Below, in pieces: positions 19,812 through 28,290 of a stretch of 64,000 nt of DNA. Position 1 is the first letter of the stretch. The number at the start of each line of letters is the position of its first letter. Below the pieces are notes generated by a model. The model ran no database searches, had not been told where the DNA came from, and saw nothing but the letters and a program-made list of their open reading frames with translations. Made by a program: the position numbers and the translations under genes. The stretch comes from an uncultured Thermoplasmata archaeon. Lineage in GTDB: Archaea > Thermoplasmatota > Thermoplasmata > RBG-16-68-12. The stretch spans positions 1-64,000 of the forward strand of contig CAVYJM010000011.1 of the NCBI GenBank assembly GCA_963768855.1, written 5' to 3'.

Positions 19812-20157
19812 TGGCGATCCAGGGGAGTCCGAGACCATGATGAACAAGGCGAACGCAATCGAGGTCACGTATCGCGAAATGGAGAAGATCATCGGGAATC
19901 TCGTCGAGTGCTACGCGATCCCGCACACCCGCATGTGCATGCGGTGGTCCAAGCCGACGAAGAAGGCGTACCGGGAAGAGGTCGTCGGATGGCTCGAGGA
20001 CTACAGCAAATCCTTCCGCCGCCTCCCGAAGAAGTCGGCACCGGGCCGGGAGGACCTCCCCACGTACGCGCGGAGCCTCCTCGACGGCGAGATTTCGAAG
20101 ATCCTCAAGGGGGAGAACCCCAACGTGGAGCGCAGCTACGCGCACCTGTTCGCCTGA
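19804..20157 (+). CDS. Hypothetical protein
   Basis: Overlaps the arsR stop; protein-like composition; start may be 19837. Confidence 0.65.
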   Translation: MADGDPGESETMMNKANAIEVTYREMEKIIGNLVECYAIPHTRMCMRWSKPTKKAYREEVVGWLEDYSKSFRRLPKKSAPGREDLPTYARSLLDGEISKILKGENPNVERSYAHLFA

Positions 20158-20166
20158 CGCCCTCGC

Positions 20167-20508
20167 CTACTCTTCGATGAGCCAGAACTCGTTGCCGTCC
20201 GGATCGGCGAAGCTGGCCTGGGTGCCCCAGGGCTCCTTCTTCGTGGGCTGGGTGAACGTGACCCCCTTCTTGCGGAGCGCCGCCTCTTCCTTCGCGACGT
20301 CCTTCGTGTAGAACCCGAACCCGGTGTTCCCCGGCTCGAGTTCGTCGCCCTCGCACAGGTGGATCACGAGCTCGGAGCCCTTGGGTGCGACGGTGATCCA
20401 GTGCCCCTCCTCGCTTCGAACCTCGAACCCGAGCTTCTCCTTGAACCACCGAGCCGACCTCTTTCCGTCGGAGACGACGATCGCCACTGATCCGAACTCC
20501 CAAGGCAT
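20167..20508 (-). CDS. VOC/glyoxalase family protein
   Basis: FKEKLGF...EPWGTQASFADPDGNEF. Confidence 0.9.
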   Translation of the reverse strand: MPWEFGSVAIVVSDGKRSARWFKEKLGFEVRSEEGHWITVAPKGSELVIHLCEGDELEPGNTGFGFYTKDVAKEEAALRKKGVTFTQPTKKEPWGTQASFADPDGNEFWLIEE

Positions 20509-20599
20509 GGATATCCCTCGGGCGGGCCAAGACGGGACGGACAGATAAAGGCGACGCGGAGGGGTCGGTGAACGCGCATCCCGCGCCGACGCTGCGCGC

Positions 20600-21013
20600 T
20601 CAGCGCTTCGCGATCGTGTTCTTCCGTGCGCGCGCCCACGTCTCGAGGAATCCTCCGACCACGTCTCGCGCCGTCACGATGCCCTCCACGTGGTCCAGGC
20701 GCGTGACGACGAGGCGGCGGACGTTATGGCCGATCATGATCCGTGCCGCGGCGCGGAGGGTCGACAGCGGCGCGATCGTGACCACGGGCGAGGTCATGAT
20801 CTCCCGCACGGCGACCTTCTTGGGGTTCTTCTCCTTCGCGGTGACCTTCCAGAGGATATCCCGCTCCGTGACGAGCCCAACGGGTCGTCCGGCCCGGACC
20901 ACGACGAGGCCGCCAATTCGCTTGGCGGCCATCTTGCGGGCGGCGTCCAGGACCGTCCAGTCGGGATCCGCAACGATCACCTCCTTCGTCATCACGTCGC
21001 GCACGAAGACCAT
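20600..21013 (-). CDS. CBS domain protein
   Basis: VRDVMT...GLVTERD...VREIMT...GIVTARD tandem CBS pair. Confidence 0.92.
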   Translation of the reverse strand: MVFVRDVMTKEVIVADPDWTVLDAARKMAAKRIGGLVVVRAGRPVGLVTERDILWKVTAKEKNPKKVAVREIMTSPVVTIAPLSTLRAAARIMIGHNVRRLVVTRLDHVEGIVTARDVVGGFLETWARARKNTIAKR

Positions 21014-21151
21014 GGGGCTCCCTGGGCAGGAAAGCCAGCGCCCCCTCTTGAAAGCTTCCGAAATACCGAAGGGGAGCGGACCCCAGTCGGCTTCAACTTC
21101 GCACGGGCGCGGCGGACGCGGCGCCCGAGGCGCTCCGGTTCCCCAGGCGCC

Positions 21152-21460
21152 TCAGAAGTCAATCCAGAGGTAGCCGTCCTCGACCTTCGTCTGGTACGAC
21201 TTCACGTTCGTGACCCAGTCCGTCTCGGGGTCTGCCTCGCCGTTCGTGTAGTTGAAGCGACCCTCGTGCAAGGGGCACACGAGTTGTCCATCCTGGAGGC
21301 TCCCCTCCCCGAGAGGGCCGCCCTCGTGGGTGCAGATGCCGTCGATGCAGTAGAAGGCGCCCCCCGCGTGGACGATGGCGAACTCCTTCTTGCCGATCTT
21401 GGCCTTTCCAATCTTCCCTTCGGGGATTTCGGACTCCTTCACCGCCTTCTGGAATGCCAT
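21152..21460 (-). CDS. Rieske-type ferredoxin
   Basis: CTH and CPLH ligand boxes. Confidence 0.9.
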   Translation of the reverse strand: MAFQKAVKESEIPEGKIGKAKIGKKEFAIVHAGGAFYCIDGICTHEGGPLGEGSLQDGQLVCPLHEGRFNYTNGEADPETDWVTNVKSYQTKVEDGYLWIDF

Positions 21461-21488
21461 GGGGACGCCTACACATCCCTGACTAAAT

Positions 21489-22355
21489 ATGTTGGCCCGG
21501 CTCGCCCAACGGCCGGCGTCGGCGCTGTCAACGCGCGAAACCTCTAATGCCCCGCGGGTCTCTCGAGGCGACGTGACCTCGGCCCTCGCGGAGGCCTTTC
21601 GTTCGGAGATTCCGTGCAGCCATGCTGTCGCGATCGTGCTGGCCTCGCTGGCCCGTGAGCGGGTGGCCACCCTGGGCGGCACGGCCGAGGACAGCGACGA
21701 GGACCTCGTCCTGCGCCTGCGCGATCCGCGTTCCTTTGGCGCATTCGCGGAGTCCGTCTCAAGGGATCCCCGCGTCGAATCGACTGTGCGGGAAGCACTG
21801 GTCGAGCACGTCTTCGACCTCCTCCCCCTGCCTCGGACGGAGGGGGAGGTCATCAGCGTGGAATCCCGCGCGCCGCGACACCTCATCGCCTTCGCCGCAT
21901 CGCTTGCGGGGGCCGAAGGTCTGAGCGTACTTCACATCATGCATCTCGTCTATGCGGTGTTCTTGGATCGGTCTCTGGTGACCGAGGTGCCGCGGAAGAC
22001 GCGCTCGGCGGTCTTGCGCGCAGTCCTATCGGGGGGAGGGAGCGACGAGGCGCTGCGCGTCCTTTATGCCTGCCTGAGCATCTCGGCGGTACCCGCGCCG
22101 GAGGCGGCCTCCGAGCTACGCAGGATCCTGAAGACCACCTCGGTCCCCCTGGGGCTGCGCCGCGACCTGGCCCGTATCGCGTCGGCCACGGATGGCGGCC
22201 AGTCCGGACTCACCCGCATGGCGCAGCAACAAGGCCTGATCCCGGCAGATCTGCGGGACCCGGAGGCTCCCGAGATTCTCGCGAACATCCCGCGCCTGCC
22301 GGCGCGATTGTCCGCGCCGAGCATCCGCTTCCTGAAACGCGCCGGTCCAGCCTGA
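21489..22355 (+). CDS. Hypothetical helical protein
   Basis: 288-aa ORF filling the locus; no motif recognised. Confidence 0.6.
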   Translation: MLARLAQRPASALSTRETSNAPRVSRGDVTSALAEAFRSEIPCSHAVAIVLASLARERVATLGGTAEDSDEDLVLRLRDPRSFGAFAESVSRDPRVESTVREALVEHVFDLLPLPRTEGEVISVESRAPRHLIAFAASLAGAEGLSVLHIMHLVYAVFLDRSLVTEVPRKTRSAVLRAVLSGGGSDEALRVLYACLSISAVPAPEAASELRRILKTTSVPLGLRRDLARIASATDGGQSGLTRMAQQQGLIPADLRDPEAPEILANIPRLPARLSAPSIRFLKRAGPA

Positions 22356-22364
22356 TCGTCGTTG

Positions 22365-22532
22365 TCAGTGCTTCTTGTGCACGTCCACGGCGTACTTCAG
22401 GTACGCAACCATCCCGCCCGCGGTCGCGTAGTTCTCCGGGTTGCGGAAGAAGGGACAGCCCAAGGCCGCTGAGACCGCGCCCACGATGATGAACAGGATG
22501 ACGCCCAGTGAGCGAAGGTTTGGTCGCTTCAT
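22365..22532 (-). CDS. Small hypothetical membrane protein
   Basis: 55 aa with one hydrophobic helix; GGAGG upstream. Confidence 0.55.
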   Translation of the reverse strand: MKRPNLRSLGVILFIIVGAVSAALGCPFFRNPENYATAGGMVAYLKYAVDVHKKH

Positions 22533-22672
22533 GTTCGATCGGCCCTCCCGATTTCGGTTCACCTACATTAGCCTTGCGGGTTGACCTGCGCGGACCTCCG
22601 TTCGCTCCGCGACCCCCCCGGGGACCGGAGCCCGGAAAAGTATGTGCATCCTCGGCCCCATGACCCTGGACG

Positions 22673-23023
22673 ATGCCGTTCCGGGACCGGATTACCGCCC
22701 TCGTGGGGGGCGGCCTTGCCGACCTCAGCCAGGAGACGTTCGATCCGTTCCTCCAGGACCATCCGCTGGTCTTTGTGGACTTCTGGGCCTCATGGTGCCG
22801 CCCATGCCGGGCCATGGCTCCCGTCATCCGCTCCCTCGCCCGAACGTATGGAGAGGTGGCCTTCGCGAAAGTCGACACAGAGCGGGAAGAGGGGCTCCGG
22901 GACCGGTTCGGAGTGCGATCCATCCCCACCTACATCCTGTTCAAGCGCCGCCGAATCGTGGAGCGTTTCTCCGGCGTCACGAGCCGCGATCGGCTCGCGA
23001 CCAAGATCGAGAAGTGGCGTTGA
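22673..23023 (+). CDS. Thioredoxin
   Basis: VDFWASWCRPCRAMAP, SIPT. Confidence 0.92.
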   Translation: MPFRDRITALVGGGLADLSQETFDPFLQDHPLVFVDFWASWCRPCRAMAPVIRSLARTYGEVAFAKVDTEREEGLRDRFGVRSIPTYILFKRRRIVERFSGVTSRDRLATKIEKWR

Positions 23024-23054
23024 CCCGACGCGGACTGCGCGGGGGAGCCGCGAT

Positions 23055-23393
23055 CTAGTACTCGAACAGGCCGCCGAGCTCGGTGGAGGCGGCGCGTGCC
23101 GACCGGTGCCGCAGGTCCGCGAGGCGCATCCGTTCCGCGGCGAGGAGGCGGAGCCGCTCATCCTCCAGCGGCTCGAACGGTTTCATGCCGAGTTCCCGGA
23201 CGATCGCATCCGACTCCCTCGGGTAGCGGCTGATGAGATTCGACAGGTTCAGGGAGGAGGCCAAGCCAAGGGGCCGGGTTGTGGCGAGGCGCTCAAGCTG
23301 GAGGAGATCCCGGCGATAGGCCTCGTCCGAATCGAGAGGTCTCTGGTCGAGTGCCCGTCGCACAAATTCCGTCTGCGCGAACTTCGTGTCCAT
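23055..23393 (-). CDS. Hypothetical protein
   Basis: 112-aa ORF with GAGGGG RBS upstream; no motif recognised. Confidence 0.55.
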   Translation of the reverse strand: MDTKFAQTEFVRRALDQRPLDSDEAYRRDLLQLERLATTRPLGLASSLNLSNLISRYPRESDAIVRELGMKPFEPLEDERLRLLAAERMRLADLRHRSARAASTELGGLFEY

Positions 23394-23524
23394 TGCGTTG
23401 CCCCTCGTAGGTAGCCGCGGAGCACTCGGACGGCCCCTTATATCATTTGCCGTGAATTATCACGTCGCGTGACGAAGTCCCACGTCAAACGCCGATTTCT
23501 CTCCCGAAAGCCGTCTCCGTCGCC

Positions 23525-23680
23525 TCAAGGGTCGGAGCAGTCGCGCGTGTAACCGCATCGGGGGCAGACGACCTTGCACCGCACCTCGTACGTCGGGCCG
23601 CCGCACACGTCGCAGGCGGACTCTGGCCGGGCCCGTGCCGTCGCATCCCGGCCCCCTTCCTTCTCGCTTGCCTTCCTCAT
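23525..23680 (-). CDS. Small Cys-rich zinc-finger microprotein (51 aa), below the ORF-track cutoff
   Basis: Manual translation MRKASEK...CDVCGGPTYEVRCKVVCPRCGYTRDCSDP*; TTTA box ~22 nt upstream. Confidence 0.75.
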   Translation of the reverse strand: MRKASEKEGGRDATARARPESACDVCGGPTYEVRCKVVCPRCGYTRDCSDP

Positions 23681-23734
23681 CGTGCGAGGGAGCGAATGAC
23701 GTCCGGGCCCTAAACCTCTGCCCTGCGGCAGGGT

Positions 23735-25333
23735 TCAACACCTGCCGGCCCTCAAGTCTTCCATAGCCGCCATCGCGGCGTTTCGTCCCGGCGCTCCGGT
23801 CACGCCGCCGCCAGGGTGCGCGCTGCTCCCGCAGAGGTAGAGGCCTTGGATGGGCATGCGGTAACCGGACCACCCCGGGACCGGGCGCAGGGAGAACAGC
23901 TGGTCGGGCGTCATGTCAGTCTGGTAGATGCAGCCGTGCAGCAGGCCCCATTCCCGTTCCATGTCGAGGGGCGTGATCACCTCGCGGGCCTCGATCGCGT
24001 GGCGGATGTTCGGTGCGAATTCGGCGAGCGTCTCGACGATTGTGTCGCCGGCCTCCTCCCGCCGGTCGTCCCACGACCCCGTCGCCAGGTTGTAGGGGAA
24101 GTACTGCGCGTAGATGGAGAGCGTGAACTTCCCTGGCGGGGCGAGGCTCGGATCGGTCACGGAGTGCAGGACGCAATCGAGGAAGGGCGCTCTCGAAGGC
24201 CGCCCCCACTTGGCGTCGTCCCACGCCGCCTCCAGGTAGTCGACGGACGGGCAGACGTCGATGTAGCCGCGGTGGTGTGGCTGTACGGTCTTCCCCGGAC
24301 GGCACGTGAAATCGGGGAGTTCGCGGAGGACGCAGTTCACCTTCGTGACGACGCCCGAGGCCTTGATGGCCCGGACCTTCCGGAGGAATTCGGGATCGAC
24401 CGCATCCGGGTCCACGAGCTGGGTGAACGTCGTGCGGGCGTCCAGGTTCGTCAGCACCATCCGGGCATCGATCCGCGTCCCGTCCCCCATCTCGACGCCG
24501 GTCGCCCGCCCGCCTTCCGTGCGAATCTGGGAGACCGGCGCGGAGGTCCGGATCTTGGCGCCCAGATGGATTGCAGCCCGCTCGAGAGCCTGGCTAATCC
24601 CACCCATTCCGCCCTTGGCGTATCCGAAGGTCTGCTTCACCCCGTTGATCTCGTGGAGCAGCATGTGACCGAGCATCAGGGCGGTCCCGGGCGTCTTCGG
24701 TCCTGCTGGCAGGCCGATCGTCGTCGCGGTGGCCAGCATCGCTTTGACCTCCGGCGACTCGAAGAACTCGTCGAGGAGTTCTGAGGCGCTCTGGAGGAGC
24801 ACGCGCTTCGCCAGCTCCTCCGCCTCCGGGCCCCGGAACATACCGAGGAGATCCGGGAGGGGAGGCGGTGCCTCGAGGACCATCGCCTCGAACAGCTCCA
24901 TGACCTCGGTCCAGAATGCCACGTACTTCGGGTAGGTGTCCGCGTCCTTCTTCGAGAACCTCGCGAGCTCTTTGTGGTTGCGCTCCGTGTCGTTCCAGAG
25001 GAGGATGGAGTTCCCATCCGGGAACGGGAGGAAGAACTGCGGATCGAAGGGGTAGGCCTCGTAGCCGAACCTCGCGAGGTCGAGGTCCGCGATGATCTCG
25101 GGTCTCAGGAGGCCGGCAGAGTAGGCGAGCCTCGAGAACCGAACCCCGGGGAAGACCTCCTCCGTGACACACGCGCCGCCGACGAGCCCGCGCCGCTCCA
25201 GGACCAGGGTCTTCAGGCCGGCTTGGGCGAGGTACGCTGCCGCGACGAGGCCGTTATGGCCACCGCCGACGATGACGGCATCCCATGTCTCGGGCACATC
25301 CGGGGATGGCGGCGAGGCCTCTTGAAGCTTCAC
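23735..25333 (-). CDS. Phytoene dehydrogenase-like NAD(P)/FAD oxidoreductase
   Basis: DAVIVGGGHNGLVAAAYLA, GGMGGIS, LYLCGSSAHPGGGVTGAPG. Confidence 0.9.
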   Translation of the reverse strand: MKLQEASPPSPDVPETWDAVIVGGGHNGLVAAAYLAQAGLKTLVLERRGLVGGACVTEEVFPGVRFSRLAYSAGLLRPEIIADLDLARFGYEAYPFDPQFFLPFPDGNSILLWNDTERNHKELARFSKKDADTYPKYVAFWTEVMELFEAMVLEAPPPLPDLLGMFRGPEAEELAKRVLLQSASELLDEFFESPEVKAMLATATTIGLPAGPKTPGTALMLGHMLLHEINGVKQTFGYAKGGMGGISQALERAAIHLGAKIRTSAPVSQIRTEGGRATGVEMGDGTRIDARMVLTNLDARTTFTQLVDPDAVDPEFLRKVRAIKASGVVTKVNCVLRELPDFTCRPGKTVQPHHRGYIDVCPSVDYLEAAWDDAKWGRPSRAPFLDCVLHSVTDPSLAPPGKFTLSIYAQYFPYNLATGSWDDRREEAGDTIVETLAEFAPNIRHAIEAREVITPLDMEREWGLLHGCIYQTDMTPDQLFSLRPVPGWSGYRMPIQGLYLCGSSAHPGGGVTGAPGRNAAMAAMEDLRAGRC

Positions 25334-25386
25334 GGAGGATTTCGGACGGATGAAAGTATAAACCGTCCACGGCCGTTCGCGGCGGT

Positions 25387-26415
25387 ATGGCGAAGGCGAA
25401 ACGGGGTGTGGCTCGCTCGCGGAAGACGGATCGCGCCGGCCTGCTCGAGCGCCTGGAAAAAGGAATTGTCCTCGGGGACGGCGGCTACCTCCTGGAACTG
25501 GAGAAGCGCGGATATGTCCAGGCCGGACCCTTCACCCCGGAGTGCGTGCTGGACCACCCTGAGGCGGTGACGGAACTCCATCGGGAGTTCGTCGATGCCG
25601 GTGCGGAGTTCCTCCAGGCCCTCGCCTTCTACGCGAGCCGCGACAAGCTCGCCACGACCGGTCACCAGGACGACGCGAAGGCGATTAACCGTCAGGCGGT
25701 CCGCCTCGCCCGGAAGGCGGCGGGTCCCGACACCCTGGTCGCGGGGAACCTCAGCCTTACTTGGGCCTACGATGCGAAGGACGCGAGGTCGGCGAACCGC
25801 GTCCGGAAGCTCTTCGACGAGCAGCTCGAGGTCCAGCAGAGGGAGGGCGTCGACTTCGTCGTGGCGGAGACGTTTTCCTGGTTGGGAGAGGCGCTGCTCG
25901 CAACCGAGCGGATCAAGAAATCGGGGGCCGTCGCCGTGGTCACGATGTCGTTCGACAAGAAACCCCTCTCCTACGACGGCCACACCCCGGCTGAGTGTGC
26001 GCACGCCCTTCGGGACGCCGGTGCCGACGTCGTGGGGGTGAACTGCCTCCGGAACCCCTTCTACATGCTCCCGATCGCCGAGGAGATGCGGCGGGCCGTC
26101 ACGGGGCACGTCGCATGCCAGCCGACGGCCTACCGCACCCCGGCCGATCAGCCGGATTTCACCGCCGCAAAGGAGTTCCCGTTCGAGACCGAGACGCTCC
26201 TCCTCTCGCGGCGCGACATGGCCGCCTACGCGAGAGCGGCGCGCGACCTCGGCCTCGACCTGATTGGCTCGTGCTGCGGCTCCCTTCCCGTCCACGTCCG
26301 GGAGATGGCACGCGCCCTGGGGAAGCGGTCCCCGGACCCCGAGTGGCGGGTGGACTACGGGAAGCCGATGTCCGCGTACGAGTACTACGGCCACGGCCGG
26401 GACGCTGCCCCGTAG
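25387..26415 (+). CDS. Homocysteine S-methyltransferase family protein (BHMT-like)
   Basis: DGGYLLELEKRGYVQAGPFTPE, VGVNC and IGSCCG zinc ligands. Confidence 0.88.
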   Translation: MAKAKRGVARSRKTDRAGLLERLEKGIVLGDGGYLLELEKRGYVQAGPFTPECVLDHPEAVTELHREFVDAGAEFLQALAFYASRDKLATTGHQDDAKAINRQAVRLARKAAGPDTLVAGNLSLTWAYDAKDARSANRVRKLFDEQLEVQQREGVDFVVAETFSWLGEALLATERIKKSGAVAVVTMSFDKKPLSYDGHTPAECAHALRDAGADVVGVNCLRNPFYMLPIAEEMRRAVTGHVACQPTAYRTPADQPDFTAAKEFPFETETLLLSRRDMAAYARAARDLGLDLIGSCCGSLPVHVREMARALGKRSPDPEWRVDYGKPMSAYEYYGHGRDAAP

Positions 26416-26433
26416 GGCCCCGCTGCGCGGCGT

Positions 26434-26468
26434 TCACCGGAACGGGTTCCCGCAGTAGAAGCAGAACA
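26434..26468 (-). other. Displaced original 3' end of the subtilase gene (FCFYCGNPFR*)
   Basis: Reverse complement reads (A)TG TTC TGC TTC TAC TGC GGG AAC CCG TTC CGG TGA, in frame with the subtilase codons at the right repeat. Confidence 0.85.
26449..26468 (+). repeat. Left attachment-site core CCCGCAGTAGAAGCAGAACA
   Basis: Identical to 32257-32276. Confidence 0.95.
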
Positions 26469-26527
26469 GTTCTCCCGCCGTCCTATGGAGGGGAACCTAT
26501 CCCTTTGGACCGCATAGGCGCGTTTTG

Positions 26528-27307
26528 ATGGAGCGACTTAGGTACTTGACCGCTGTCGAAGCGGCTAGGCTGAAGGACGCTGTCCGGTCCAATCGCGACC
26601 GGGCCGTCGTGGGCATCCTCCTCCATACGGGGATGAGGATAGGCGAGTGTGCGGGCCTCCAGGTGCGGGACTTTGACCAGGAGGCCCAGACGATTCGTAT
26701 CGAGCGAATCGTCGTCAAGACCAACTCGGTCATCGACCGGGCCACCGGGGAACTGCGGGTGAAGCGGCTCGGGTTCCAGAACCTGCACAGCGCGTACAAG
26801 AAGGGGCGGTCCATCTCCCTGGTCCTCCCGGACGGGACCATCAAGGTGGTCATCGCGAGCGAACTGCCGCGGGTCCTCGGGCCGGAATCGGAGTTCGTGA
26901 AGGTCGGGACCAAGGCCCACGGGGACGCGGGCCGCACGGTCCCGCTGACCGACGCGCACACCTGGGAGTACGTCAAGGCCGAGACCGTCGGCCGCGACCG
27001 CACCGCCTGGGCCTGGAGGGCGGGGGCGCAGGGACACGACCGCACGGGCGACGTGGGGCGGTACTCGTACACGGGCATGAGGGACATGGTGATCCGCGCG
27101 ATGCTGCGGGCCGGAATCCCGCACGACAAGGCCCACCCGCATACGACCCGGCACACGTTCGCGGTCCACTTCCTGAAGAACGGCGGGGACCTGCGGACCC
27201 TCCAGCGAATCGGCGGCTGGGCCAACATCAACATGTGCGCCCGGTACCTGGAGTTCGTGACCGAGGACCTGGTCGAAGTCTCGCGGCGGGTCCAGGTGGG
27301 CTACTGA
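26528..27307 (+). CDS. Tyrosine recombinase/integrase (catalytic domain only, with insertion)
   Basis: HTGMRIGE (R), GTK (K), HTTRHTF (HxxR), GGWAN (W), CARY (Y); 259 aa. Confidence 0.93.
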   Translation: MERLRYLTAVEAARLKDAVRSNRDRAVVGILLHTGMRIGECAGLQVRDFDQEAQTIRIERIVVKTNSVIDRATGELRVKRLGFQNLHSAYKKGRSISLVLPDGTIKVVIASELPRVLGPESEFVKVGTKAHGDAGRTVPLTDAHTWEYVKAETVGRDRTAWAWRAGAQGHDRTGDVGRYSYTGMRDMVIRAMLRAGIPHDKAHPHTTRHTFAVHFLKNGGDLRTLQRIGGWANINMCARYLEFVTEDLVEVSRRVQVGY

Positions 27308-27444
27308 TGTTCGCGAAGGCGTACACCGAGACACGGTGGACCGAATCCGGGAACGTGCGACTCCGCATCTACGGGGTGTTCTGGGGACGGTTCGCGTTCG
27401 CGGTCTCGTTCGGCAGGAGGGTGCAGCGTGCCGACGCTCGCTGA
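27307..27444 (+). CDS. Small hypothetical protein (45 aa), coupled to the integrase
   Basis: TGATG stop/start overlap; MFAKAYTETRWTESGNVRLRIYGVFWGRFAFAVSFGRRVQRADAR. Confidence 0.6.
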   Translation: MFAKAYTETRWTESGNVRLRIYGVFWGRFAFAVSFGRRVQRADAR

Positions 27445-27718
27445 AGTCGTGAAGGCCATCGACGCGGACCTGGAGACAGAACGCCTCGCGCTGCTGGCCT
27501 CCATGAACCGGGTCTACGTCGCGCGGCTCCGCATCAGGAAGGCGACCGCCCTCCTGAAGAAGTTGCGGCCCCTGGTCGAAACGGTAGCCATCGAGGCCAT
27601 CGAGGTGCAGGTCATCGAGGGGCCGCCCGTGCCCTGTCCCGAGTGCGCGCGGACCTTCGAGACCGAACAGGGGATGCACCACCACCAGACCGTCGTTCAC
27701 CTCGAACGTTCAAGCTGA
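27428..27718 (+). CDS. Coiled-coil plus C2H2 zinc-finger protein
   Basis: CPECARTFETEQGMHHHQTVVH; AGGAGG RBS before GTG. Confidence 0.8.
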   Translation: MPTLAEVVKAIDADLETERLALLASMNRVYVARLRIRKATALLKKLRPLVETVAIEAIEVQVIEGPPVPCPECARTFETEQGMHHHQTVVHLERSS

Positions 27719-27736
27719 CCTCCCAACACGAGGCTT

Positions 27737-27773
27737 GGCCGACCCGGTCCCCAACCGGGCGGCCCCTTTTTTT
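27737..27773 (+). terminator. Hairpin plus T7 terminator of the integrase operon
   Basis: GGCCG(A)CCCGGT-CCCCA-ACCGGG-CGGCC followed by CC and TTTTTTT. Confidence 0.8.
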
Positions 27774-27912
27774 AGGTGTCGGTCCTGGAAGGCTGAACGT
27801 TCTCCCGTCTTTTGTCGGACGAATGGGATAGTTTCTTCGGTGCCCCGCTCACGGGGTCTCATGGAGGAGCCCCGACGTCTAGGTCCAAGAGCACCGGAGA
27901 AGGGGCCGACTT

Positions 27913-28284
27913 CTAGAGGCCCTGCTGCCGCTGGAATCCCGCTGCCCGGTTCCCGAACACGTACACGAGGCCGACCAGGACACCGGCCCAGAAGATGTTC
28001 CCCGCGTACTTCTGGTAGAGCTCCCGGATCATCATCGTTGTCAAGGGCAGGGGCGGCAGCTTCCCCGGGAGGTTCGCCTCCCGCTCGTGCTCGAGTTCAA
28101 TCTGCCGAGCCGCCGCCTTCGCCGCCAGTTCTCGGAGGGCCGCTTGCTGCTCAGGAGACCGATAGTAGGCACCGTGGTACGTCTGCCGCTCGGGCTGAAG
28201 TTCAATCTGCCGAGCCGCCGCCTTCGCCGCCAGTTCTCGGAGGGCCGCTTGCATCGCAGGAGACCGGTACGGGTAGCCGTCCAT
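27913..28284 (-). CDS. Element protein with tandem helical repeat and C-terminal TM
   Basis: YRSP..QAALRELAAKAAARQIEL twice; IFWAGVLVGLVYVF. Confidence 0.8.
   Translation of the reverse strand: MDGYPYRSPAMQAALRELAAKAAARQIELQPERQTYHGAYYRSPEQQAALRELAAKAAARQIELEHEREANLPGKLPPLPLTTMMIRELYQKYAGNIFWAGVLVGLVYVFGNRAAGFQRQQGL
28094..28252. repeat. Perfect 54-bp direct repeat, period 105 bp (coding)
   Basis: 28094-28147 identical to 28199-28252. Confidence 0.92.
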
Positions 28285-28290
28285 GGACCC

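Noticed and set aside
26415-26527. tRNA gene at the integration site
   Set aside because: No cloverleaf or T-loop consensus seen; the repeat translates as the subtilase C-terminus
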